Shown piece after piece: positions 10,896 to 23,533 of a stretch of DNA of 64,000 nucleotides. The position numbers were made by a program, and so were the translations under genes. Every line of letters starts with the position of its first letter. Positions within the stretch are counted from its first letter, which is position 1. Source of the DNA: an uncultured Bacteroidota bacterium (GTDB lineage Bacteria > Bacteroidota > Bacteroidia > Bacteroidales > DTGW01). The notes below the pieces were generated by a model. The model was not told the origin of the DNA, did not search any database, and was given only the letters and a program-made list of their open reading frames with translations. The stretch spans positions 2,081-66,080 of the forward strand of contig CAWEFA010000034.1 of assembly GCA_963808135.1 (NCBI GenBank), written 5' to 3'.

Positions 10896-11609
10896 ATGAA
10901 AAGTATTATTTCCTTCAGAAATGTAGTAAAAAACTATTATTTGGGAAATATTGTTGTTCCGGCATTGCGAAATATTTCGCTCGAAATATCGCAAAACGAA
11001 TATTTAGCTATTATGGGACCATCGGGCTCAGGTAAATCAACATTAATGAACATTATCGGTTGCCTCGATACTCCTTCAAGCGGCAATTATTTTTTAAACG
11101 GCACCGATGTAAGTAAGTTAAATGATAACCAGTTAGCTGAAATAAGAAATAAAGAAATCGGGTTTGTATTTCAAACATTCAATCTTTTGCCGCGTTACAA
11201 TGCTATTGACAATATTATGCTGCCTCTCGTTTACGCCGGTATTTCGAAAGCGGAGCGAATTGAAGCTGCAAAAAATGTTATTGCCAGCGTGGGATTAACC
11301 GATCGCATGTATCACAAGCCTAATGAACTTTCAGGAGGACAAAGGCAACGGGTTGCATTGGCTCGCGCGTTGGTTAACCGCCCGTCAATTATTCTGGCCG
11401 ATGAGCCGACCGGCAACCTCGATTCAAAAACATCGATAGATATTATGAACCTTTTCAGCGAAATACACAAAAAGGGAAATACAATTATTATTGTTACGCA
11501 CGAAGAAGATATTGCTTTATACACAAAAAGAATTATAAAATTGCGTGATGGGGAAATAGAAATGGATTATCAAAATCCAGGCAGAAAAATGGCAATTGAA
11601 CATTCCTAA
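10896..11609 (+). CDS. ABC transporter ATP-binding protein (LolD/MacB-like)
   Basis: [30 protein letters not shown]. Confidence 0.9.
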   Translation: MKSIISFRNVVKNYYLGNIVVPALRNISLEISQNEYLAIMGPSGSGKSTLMNIIGCLDTPSSGNYFLNGTDVSKLNDNQLAEIRNKEIGFVFQTFNLLPRYNAIDNIMLPLVYAGISKAERIEAAKNVIASVGLTDRMYHKPNELSGGQRQRVALARALVNRPSIILADEPTGNLDSKTSIDIMNLFSEIHKKGNTIIIVTHEEDIALYTKRIIKLRDGEIEMDYQNPGRKMAIEHS

Positions 11610-11631
11610 TGTTACAAGTCAGTTGATATAA

Positions 11632-12207
11632 ATGAAAACCGGATTATTTTTTGGTTCGTTTAATCCAATTCATATCGGACATTTGGCCATAGCAAATTAT
11701 ATTGCGGAATTTACCGACCTGAAACAGATTTGGTTTGTTGTTAGTCCGCAAAACCCATTAAAAAAGAAAAAAAGTTTACTGGCAGATTATCACAGGCTGA
11801 ACCTGGTAAAGGAAGCTATTGAAGATGATAGCCGTTTTTATGCCTGCGACATAGAATTTAAACTTCCTTATCCTTCCTATACAATTGACACAATAACTTA
11901 CCTGCGCGAACTTTATCCTGATAAAACTTTTTCCATTGTTCTTGGTGCAGACGGATTGGTAAATTTCCATAAATGGAAAAATTATAAAGAGCTTATTAAA
12001 ACCACAACCCGTTATGTTTATCCACGTTCGGGCACTGACCCGTCAATATTGAACAATATTGAAAATTGTATTTTTGTAAATGCACCTTTAATAGAAATAT
12101 CCTCAACATTTATACGGGACGGGATACGTGAAGGAAACGATTTGCGGCATTTCTTAAATCACAGGGTTTATAAATATATAAAAGATATGCACTTCTACGA
12201 AAAGTAA
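11632..12207 (+). CDS. nadD: Nicotinate-nucleotide adenylyltransferase
   Basis: FFGSFNPIHIGH, SYTIDT, EISSTFIR. Confidence 0.93.
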   Translation: MKTGLFFGSFNPIHIGHLAIANYIAEFTDLKQIWFVVSPQNPLKKKKSLLADYHRLNLVKEAIEDDSRFYACDIEFKLPYPSYTIDTITYLRELYPDKTFSIVLGADGLVNFHKWKNYKELIKTTTRYVYPRSGTDPSILNNIENCIFVNAPLIEISSTFIRDGIREGNDLRHFLNHRVYKYIKDMHFYEK

Positions 12208-12219
12208 AAATAGTTATTT

Positions 12220-12984
12220 TCAAATTGCCAGATTATCTTTATTCATTTTGAGGAACAACTTCATTGCCTCTTTCTTTCTCTCATCAAGTTCAAAACTCAT
12301 ATTGTTTGTTAAATAGTCCTCTATCTCGTTTTGTTGGATAGTTCCATTGATTTTTACCGAAGCCAAAGCTTCCGGAATATGGCTTATTCCATAATGCATA
12401 GCTTCTTCAAAATTATTAATAAAACCTTTATCGAGATTGCAATTGCTTACCCAACATGCAAACACAAAAGGCAAACCTGTAAAATCTTTCCATACTTTCG
12501 CCAAGTCATAAACATAATTATATTTTTTTTCAATTGAAAAAACTTTGTCTCCTATTACAACTGCGGCAGTCCTGTTTTTAATTTCATTCAGTTCAAATCC
12601 CGGAGCGCCAATACGAAAATTAACATCTATTTTCCAAAACTCTTTTGCAATAAGCTTTATAAGCGCCACTGAAGTTCTTGACTGGTAATCGAGAACAATT
12701 TCATTTATCTCTTTCCAGGGCTTCTCGCTTGCCAAAATAACAGTCCGGGCATTTCCATTTGAACCGATACAATATTCTGAAAACAAATTGACATTATTAA
12801 TTTCGGGTATCGTTGCAACAGGTACCAAACCTATTTCAGCCGAGCCAGAAGCTAATAGAGTCGCACATTCAGCGGGGAAATTCAGCATCAAATCTATCTC
12901 ATTTTTTATATCTGTGTTTTTTAAACCAAACACAAATGGCAAAGTGTTGTAAAATGAGATTGCAGAAACTCTTATTTTTTGCAT
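12220..12984 (-). CDS. mqnA: Chorismate dehydratase, futalosine menaquinone pathway (MqnA/MqnD family)
   Basis: ISFYNTLPF, SRTSVAL, VIGD, DLAKVWKDFTGLPFVFACW. Confidence 0.8.
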   Translation of the reverse strand: MQKIRVSAISFYNTLPFVFGLKNTDIKNEIDLMLNFPAECATLLASGSAEIGLVPVATIPEINNVNLFSEYCIGSNGNARTVILASEKPWKEINEIVLDYQSRTSVALIKLIAKEFWKIDVNFRIGAPGFELNEIKNRTAAVVIGDKVFSIEKKYNYVYDLAKVWKDFTGLPFVFACWVSNCNLDKGFINNFEEAMHYGISHIPEALASVKINGTIQQNEIEDYLTNNMSFELDERKKEAMKLFLKMNKDNLAI

Positions 12985-13082
12985 GAATAATTCTATTATC
13001 GTGCGAAATTAGAAAATTATCACCATTTTTAATGATAATTATAAAGCCTATTTAAGGCTGATAATTCTAAATTGAATTTTCG

Positions 13083-13090
13083 TAACTTTG
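13083..13090 (+). promoter_or_regulatory. Bacteroidota -7 promoter element of purB
   Basis: TAACTTTG matches TAnnTTTG, 22 nt upstream of the ATG. Confidence 0.65.
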
Positions 13091-13112
13091 CTTTTAAATC
13101 AAATTTTCAATA

Positions 13113-14462
13113 ATGGAATTAAACCCTCTTACAGCCATATCCCCGATTGACGGCAGGTATCATGACAAAACACAGGAACTTTCCCTTTATTTTTCTGAAT
13201 TGGCTTTAATTCGTTACAGGATACTTATTGAAATAGAATATTTCATAGCCCTTTGTGAAATACCTTTGCCACAGCTTGAAAAATTCAATAAAGAAAATTT
13301 TTCCGTCCTGCGCGAAATATATGAAAATTTCGATTTGTTGGAAGCAAAGCAAATTAAGGATTTTGAAAAAATCACAAATCACGATGTAAAAGCTGTTGAA
13401 TATTTTCTGAAACAAAAATTCGATTTGATTCAAATTTCAGCCTATAAAGAATTTATTCATTTCGGCCTTACATCGCAGGATATTAACAATACTGCCATCC
13501 CTCTTTTATTTAAAGAAGCAATGATTGATGTTTATTATCCGTCAATTGATGACATTGTTATTAAGCTCGATGAATATGCCGTTACCTGGAATGATATTCC
13601 CATGCTGGCACACACTCACGGTCAACCGGCATCGCCAACAAGGCTTGGAAAAGAGATAAAGGTATTCAATGAAAGGATTAAAGAACAAATCGAACAGCTT
13701 AAAACAATACCGTGGTCGGCTAAATTTGGCGGGGCTACAGGCAATTTCAATGCACATGTTGCAGCTTATCCGCAAATTAACTGGGTCGATTTTGGGAACA
13801 TGTTTGTAAATAAAACACTTGGTTTAAAACGCTCCCAAACTACTACACAAATTGAACATTATGATAACATTGCCGCAATATTTGATGCACTGAAACGTAT
13901 TAACACCATTCTTATCGATCTTTGCCGGGATTTTTGGACTTACATTTCAATGGAATATTTTAAACAGAAAATTAATAAAAACGAAGTAGGTTCGTCAACA
14001 ATGCCGCATAAAGTAAATCCTATCGATTTTGAAAATGCCGAAGGCAACCTGGGAATTGCAAATACATTTTTCGAACATCTTTCGGCCAAGTTGCCTGTAT
14101 CGAGGTTGCAAAGAGATTTGACCGATTCAACAGCGCTCAGAAATGTTGGAGTCCCGTTGGCACATACTTTGATTTCTATAAAATCGCTGCAAAAAGGATT
14201 AAATAAAATAATCGTCAACAAAGAAGCAATTAATGCCGATTTGGAAAAAAATTGGGCAGTAGTGGCCGAAGCCATTCAAACAATTTTACGACGTGAAGGA
14301 TTTCCTGATGCTTTCGGTTCGCTGAAAGAACTTACACGAACAAACGAAACTATCGATAAAAAAATAATTTCAAAGTTTATTGATAATTTAAATGTTTCCG
14401 AAAAAGTTAAAAATGAATTGAAACAAATTACCCCGCAAAATTATACCGGCGTTAAAAACTAA
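13113..14462 (+). CDS. purB: Adenylosuccinate lyase
   Basis: LTAISPIDGRY, TNHDVKAVEY, GSSTMPHKVNPIDFEN signature. Confidence 0.96.
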   Translation: MELNPLTAISPIDGRYHDKTQELSLYFSELALIRYRILIEIEYFIALCEIPLPQLEKFNKENFSVLREIYENFDLLEAKQIKDFEKITNHDVKAVEYFLKQKFDLIQISAYKEFIHFGLTSQDINNTAIPLLFKEAMIDVYYPSIDDIVIKLDEYAVTWNDIPMLAHTHGQPASPTRLGKEIKVFNERIKEQIEQLKTIPWSAKFGGATGNFNAHVAAYPQINWVDFGNMFVNKTLGLKRSQTTTQIEHYDNIAAIFDALKRINTILIDLCRDFWTYISMEYFKQKINKNEVGSSTMPHKVNPIDFENAEGNLGIANTFFEHLSAKLPVSRLQRDLTDSTALRNVGVPLAHTLISIKSLQKGLNKIIVNKEAINADLEKNWAVVAEAIQTILRREGFPDAFGSLKELTRTNETIDKKIISKFIDNLNVSEKVKNELKQITPQNYTGVKN

Positions 14463-14591
14463 TCCCGATATTCTAAACATTCTTCAAAGCTTAAAATTCA
14501 CAGCTATCCAATTTTAATAATGAATTAATAAACTTAAAAACTTATTTTTAACAGGCTATGAAAAGAATTTTAAAAAATTATAAATTCGGGA

Positions 14592-15758
14592 ATGGAAAAT
14601 TATGATAATAATAAACTCATAGCCAAAACATTCTACGGATTAGAAAATGTTTTGGCCAATGAATTAATTACCATTGGCGCAAAAAACATAGAAATTGCAA
14701 ACCGTGCAGTTTATTTTTCCGGTAACAAAGAAATGATGTATGGTTCAAATTATAAGCTCCGTACAGCAATATGCATTCTAAAACCCATTACCAAATTTCA
14801 AGTAAAAAATTATGAGGAACTATATAATAAAGTTTTTAAGTTTGACTGGAGCAAAATAATTGACATTAATAAAACGTTTGCCATTGAATCTACGGTATAT
14901 TCAACAATTTTCAGACATTCGCATTATGCGGCACAAAAAACCAAAGATGCAATTGTTGACCAGTTCCGGAAAAGAACGAATAAACGTCCAAACATCGATG
15001 CAATAAACCCTGACATACTAATAAACCTGTACATTTCCGAAAACAAATGTGTCCTTTCTTTAAATAGTTCAGGCGAACCATTATTTAAAAGAGGTTATAG
15101 AATTGCATCACAAGAAATGCCTTTGAATGAAGTCCTCGCTGCAGGATTAATAAAACTTTCAGGTTGGAACGCCGGACAAAACCTTATCGACCCAATGTGC
15201 GGCACAGGGACAATTTTAATCGAGGCAGCTTTAATGGCTAATAACATCCAACCAGGAATTTTCAGAAAAAAATTCGGGTTTGAAAACTGGCCTGATTTTG
15301 ATAATGTTATTTTTGAAAAAGTAAAGTCCGACGAAAATAAAAAACTGGTTTCGAGAACCGGCTTTTACGGCGCTGATATTTCTGCAAAGGCCATTGACAT
15401 TGCCTCTCAAAATATAAAAAATGCACTTGTCGATAATAATATAGATATAAAAAATATTGAATTCGGGCAATATGAACCATTGGTCAATTCAGGTGTTATA
15501 ATTACCAATCCACCTTATGGGATACGTCATAAAAAAGATGACATTAATAATTTTTACAAATCGATTGGGGATACTTTAAAAAATAAATATAGGAATTTTG
15601 AAGCATGGATATTAACATCGAATCTTGAAGCAATGAAATATATAGGTTTACATCCTTCAAAAAAAATAAAACTGATGAATGCTTCATTGGAATGTACATT
15701 TAACAAATACGAAATTTACGAAGGGACAAAAAAAACAAAAGAGAAACCAATACTTTAA
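14592..15758 (+). CDS. THUMP-domain rRNA methyltransferase (RlmL-like)
   Basis: AKTFYGLE, LFKRGYR, DPMCGTGT, TNPPYG. Confidence 0.88.
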   Translation: MENYDNNKLIAKTFYGLENVLANELITIGAKNIEIANRAVYFSGNKEMMYGSNYKLRTAICILKPITKFQVKNYEELYNKVFKFDWSKIIDINKTFAIESTVYSTIFRHSHYAAQKTKDAIVDQFRKRTNKRPNIDAINPDILINLYISENKCVLSLNSSGEPLFKRGYRIASQEMPLNEVLAAGLIKLSGWNAGQNLIDPMCGTGTILIEAALMANNIQPGIFRKKFGFENWPDFDNVIFEKVKSDENKKLVSRTGFYGADISAKAIDIASQNIKNALVDNNIDIKNIEFGQYEPLVNSGVIITNPPYGIRHKKDDINNFYKSIGDTLKNKYRNFEAWILTSNLEAMKYIGLHPSKKIKLMNASLECTFNKYEIYEGTKKTKEKPIL

Positions 15759-15924
15759 AGCAATATTTTTTAAAAATGTGAACAAATATTTAAAAAAATA
15801 TAATTTTAATAAAGCAATCAAAACATTTGACAATTATTGCCTTATACTTGTAGCTTAAAATTTAATTTATAAATATCTTAAAATATATTAAAAGAGGTTA
15901 TGTTTTCTAAAGAAATAATTTTGT

Positions 15925-15932
15925 TATATTTG
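15925..15932 (+). promoter_or_regulatory. Bacteroidota -7 promoter element of siaBC
   Basis: TATATTTG upstream of the 15978 start. Confidence 0.55.
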
Positions 15933-15977
15933 TTGTAATAATATAAAATACTAACTATACAAACCAGAATAACTTAT

Positions 15978-16526
15978 ATGTCTTTTAATATTGATGAATA
16001 TTACAATATGCTTCATAATGGAGAGGTTTTATTTGAATATAAGGGAACTGTATCTGCTGAATGGATAAATGGCGTTCTGGAAAATATAGAAAATAAACTT
16101 GATGCCGTTAATGAGGATCCTAAAATTAAGAAGAAGATGTATAATGTTCTGGTAGAAGGGCTTCAAAATTTATTTCATCATATTGAAGAACTCCCGGAAG
16201 ACCTTCGAGGCAAATACAATTCAAAATTTGGTGTGTTTGTAGTTAAAAAGTTCGAGAGTGGCTATAAAGTTTCAATGGGTAATTTTATAACTACATCCAA
16301 GATAAAATATCTCAAGGATAAAATTGATAAAATTAATTCCCTTAATGTTGAAGAACTAAAAGATATGTACAAATTTATTTTAAACCATCAGAAACTATCT
16401 GCGAAAGGCGGCGGTGGTTTAGGGTTAATTGATATGGCAAGAAAAACAGGCAATAAACTTGAATATGATTTTTATGATTATAATGATGAATTCAGTTTCT
16501 TTAATCTTGATGTAAAAATAAATTAA
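15978..16526 (+). CDS. siaB: SiaB-family protein kinase
   Basis: VLVEGLQNLFHH and KGGGGLGLIDMARKTG GHKL-like motifs; adjacent to a SiaC-like gene. Confidence 0.8.
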   Translation: MSFNIDEYYNMLHNGEVLFEYKGTVSAEWINGVLENIENKLDAVNEDPKIKKKMYNVLVEGLQNLFHHIEELPEDLRGKYNSKFGVFVVKKFESGYKVSMGNFITTSKIKYLKDKIDKINSLNVEELKDMYKFILNHQKLSAKGGGGLGLIDMARKTGNKLEYDFYDYNDEFSFFNLDVKIN

Positions 16527-16559
16527 TAATTAATAATAAAATAACTATATAAAAAACAT

Positions 16560-16940
16560 ATGGAACCATTAAATATAGAAGGAACCGCAAAAACCCCTAA
16601 TGTTAAATTTGACAGCGCCCAAGGTACGATAGAAATAAAAGGAAGATCTATTCCCGAAAATTCTATTGAATTTTATAAACCTCTTGTTGATTGGCTTGAA
16701 GATTATAGTAAAGGCCCTTCATCGCTTACGAAGGTAAATATTCAACTTGAATATTTCAACACGAGTTCTTCAAAGTGTATACTCGATGTTTTCAAAAAAC
16801 TCGAAACAATTTATAAAGCTAAAAATGAAGTTATAATAAATTGGTTTTATGAAGAAGATGATGAAGATATGCTTGAAGCTGGTGAAGATTATGAATCAAT
16901 TATTCGGGTTCCGTTTAAAATGATTGAAATTGTTGATTAA
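16560..16940 (+). CDS. siaC: SiaC-family phosphoprotein (DUF1987)
   Basis: GRSIPEN..FYKP, LEYFNTSSSK, WFYEEDDEDMLEAGE. Confidence 0.88.
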   Translation: MEPLNIEGTAKTPNVKFDSAQGTIEIKGRSIPENSIEFYKPLVDWLEDYSKGPSSLTKVNIQLEYFNTSSSKCILDVFKKLETIYKAKNEVIINWFYEEDDEDMLEAGEDYESIIRVPFKMIEIVD

Positions 16941-16974
16941 ACAGATAAAAATCCAAGACTATTATCTGTTTAAT
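16936..16974. terminator. Hairpin between convergent genes, possible terminator
   Basis: perfect 13-bp inverted repeat ATTAAACAGATAA / TTATCTGTTTAAT. Confidence 0.45.
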
Positions 16975-17068
16975 TAAAAAGGAATAGTTCTTTCTATCCT
17001 TTCAAAGATTTTGTCATTTATTGTTAATTAATCCTATTCTTCCTAATAAGAAATAAATTTAATCTTCA

Positions 17069-18709
17069 TTATTTTAAAAGAATTATTTTTCGCGTAAGAA
17101 TAAATTGTTTTGATTCAACCCTGCAAAAATAAATTCCAGCCAACACCTTGTTAGAAGCCATATCTGTACCATCCCATATTAATGAATTTTTACTATCAAC
17201 GTTTACACTTGAAAGTATTTTAACTAATTTACCGTCAATGGCAAATATTTCCACCGATAAAAGATTTGAGCTATTGGGCAAGTTCGATATTGTTATTTTA
17301 TTGTTGAATGGGTTCGGATATAATAAAATATCAGCCGAACCTATATTGTTTGTTTTAATATAAACCGGGTATTTATTAAAGTAGAACCCAACCGTATCGG
17401 AGTTAACTTCTATTCCGCTATCAAATGCGTTTGTAGCAAACCTGTTAAACTGACCGGTCTTTCCTGCAAATATAGCAATGGTATCTTTAACAAAAGCGTA
17501 GTATATATTGTCCACTTTATATGTTTTTGTTCCTGCTACTGCCGGACCAGTGAATGAATATATTTGTTCTTCATGTTGAGGTGCAACATGCATATTTACT
17601 CTTGATTCATTTGTTCGTTCCGCATAAAGAATTGGCGCATGCCTGTATCCATGATATTTCAATGCTTTGAATTCATAAAGATTAATGCTGTCGCCAGCGC
17701 TGTTAGATAACGATGTTATTGTAAGTTTTATATATCGCATAGGTTTTGGGGCTATGTTGTCTGTGCTATATGCTTTAATCGTATCATTTCTTGCCGACTG
17801 GTCAACAACAGTATTCCAGATCGATGAATCTAATGAACTTTCGATTGTATATTGAAACCCTTTGTTTTTATCACCTGCAAAAAATAGTTGGAAATTATCT
17901 ATCGAATCAATTGCACCAATATCAATTGTAACCCATGCAGGTAAAGTTCCTATGCTCCATTTTGAAGATAAACTGCCATCTATGAGTGAGTCCTGAACTG
18001 TACCACCTGACGCAGTAATTTTCTTTTTAAATAAAACATTCTGATCGGTATACGCTTTTGTCTTAGTTTTTGTAAACAGTTCGTAATATATTTTAGCCAG
18101 GAAATATGCCCCGCCAATATTCGGGTGAATTCCATCATACGATAAATTTGGATAATAGGCTGTTGTATCATAAAGATCAACCAGGTTAACCCCTTTATCC
18201 TGGGCAACCTGTTTAATAATCGGATTAATTTGGCCAGAAATTACTTTGTCGGTAATGTTATATAAATTTTTAAAAACTTTTGATGGGCAGGCAATCCAAA
18301 TTTCAGGTTTTGAGGATAGTTGTTCAAAAGTATCTATCATTGAAACATAATCAGAATAAAAATCAGCTTTATATTTCCAGTTGTTAGCTTTACTATCATT
18401 TGTGCCTAATTCAATAATCACTTTCTGAGGTAAAAAATTTAACGCATCTTTAAATTTTGATGTATTCCAATAAGGCAAATCACCACTTTTAAGCATGGTC
18501 GTCCCTGATACTCCAAAGTTTATAACATTCCATTTTGCTCCAAGCATAACGCCAAGTTGGACGGGATAACTTTCAATATTTTCAACAAGGCCAACGCCTT
18601 CAGTAATACTGTTTCCAATGCAGGCTACCCTAATAGTATCCTGGGCAATAATAAGGTAATGGCACGACAGGCACAAACTTAATGCGCTAATTAGTAATAT
18701 TTTTTTCAT
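17069..18709 (-). CDS. Secreted SGNH/GDSL esterase with F5/8-type (CBM32-like) domain and T9SS C-terminal sorting domain
   Basis: signal peptide; CIGNSITEG, LGTND, DGIHP; YPNPF..IWDG..GIYF C-terminal domain. Confidence 0.85.
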   Translation of the reverse strand: MKKILLISALSLCLSCHYLIIAQDTIRVACIGNSITEGVGLVENIESYPVQLGVMLGAKWNVINFGVSGTTMLKSGDLPYWNTSKFKDALNFLPQKVIIELGTNDSKANNWKYKADFYSDYVSMIDTFEQLSSKPEIWIACPSKVFKNLYNITDKVISGQINPIIKQVAQDKGVNLVDLYDTTAYYPNLSYDGIHPNIGGAYFLAKIYYELFTKTKTKAYTDQNVLFKKKITASGGTVQDSLIDGSLSSKWSIGTLPAWVTIDIGAIDSIDNFQLFFAGDKNKGFQYTIESSLDSSIWNTVVDQSARNDTIKAYSTDNIAPKPMRYIKLTITSLSNSAGDSINLYEFKALKYHGYRHAPILYAERTNESRVNMHVAPQHEEQIYSFTGPAVAGTKTYKVDNIYYAFVKDTIAIFAGKTGQFNRFATNAFDSGIEVNSDTVGFYFNKYPVYIKTNNIGSADILLYPNPFNNKITISNLPNSSNLLSVEIFAIDGKLVKILSSVNVDSKNSLIWDGTDMASNKVLAGIYFCRVESKQFILTRKIILLK

Positions 18710-19071
18710 TATAACAAAATTTAGTTGTTATTAATTATAATGGGACATTCCTACTGCGGATTTTACAAGCATTGCAAAGATGCTGCTTACAAAATCAATA
18801 TATTAATAAGTTTTTTTTAATACCTTTTAAACTGACGTTTTTAAAATTAAAATAATAAATTTTTATAAATTTAATTAAAATCAGAATTCATGTATGTGAA
18901 AAAAATTGCATTTATATAGATTCCTTTTCGCAATTTTTAATAAAAAAATGTATATTCTGTAATTTATTGAATATTAATTTAAGTTTTATTTACATAGTTG
19001 TAAATTCTTAATAAATTATTTTCTAACCATTAAGCAGGAAAAGCAACAAGCCAAATACCGAATGATAACAT

Positions 19072-23350
<4,279 letters not shown>

Positions 23351-23465
23351 TCAAAGATTGAAATGGTTTTTTCCTATTAAATTAGATTATGCAGACATGC
23401 GCGTTGCCTGTGCGCCAATACTGCATGTTTATTAGCTGTTTCAGTTTTTAATGTTTCCGTATTGC

Positions 23466-23473
23466 TATATTTG
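23466..23473 (+). promoter_or_regulatory. Bacteroidota -7 promoter element
   Basis: TATATTTG upstream of the 23534 ATG. Confidence 0.55.
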
Positions 23474-23533
23474 CAGAATAATATAGATTCGGCAGAATTA
23501 TAATATTTGCTGGATTATCGAATTACCTTATTT

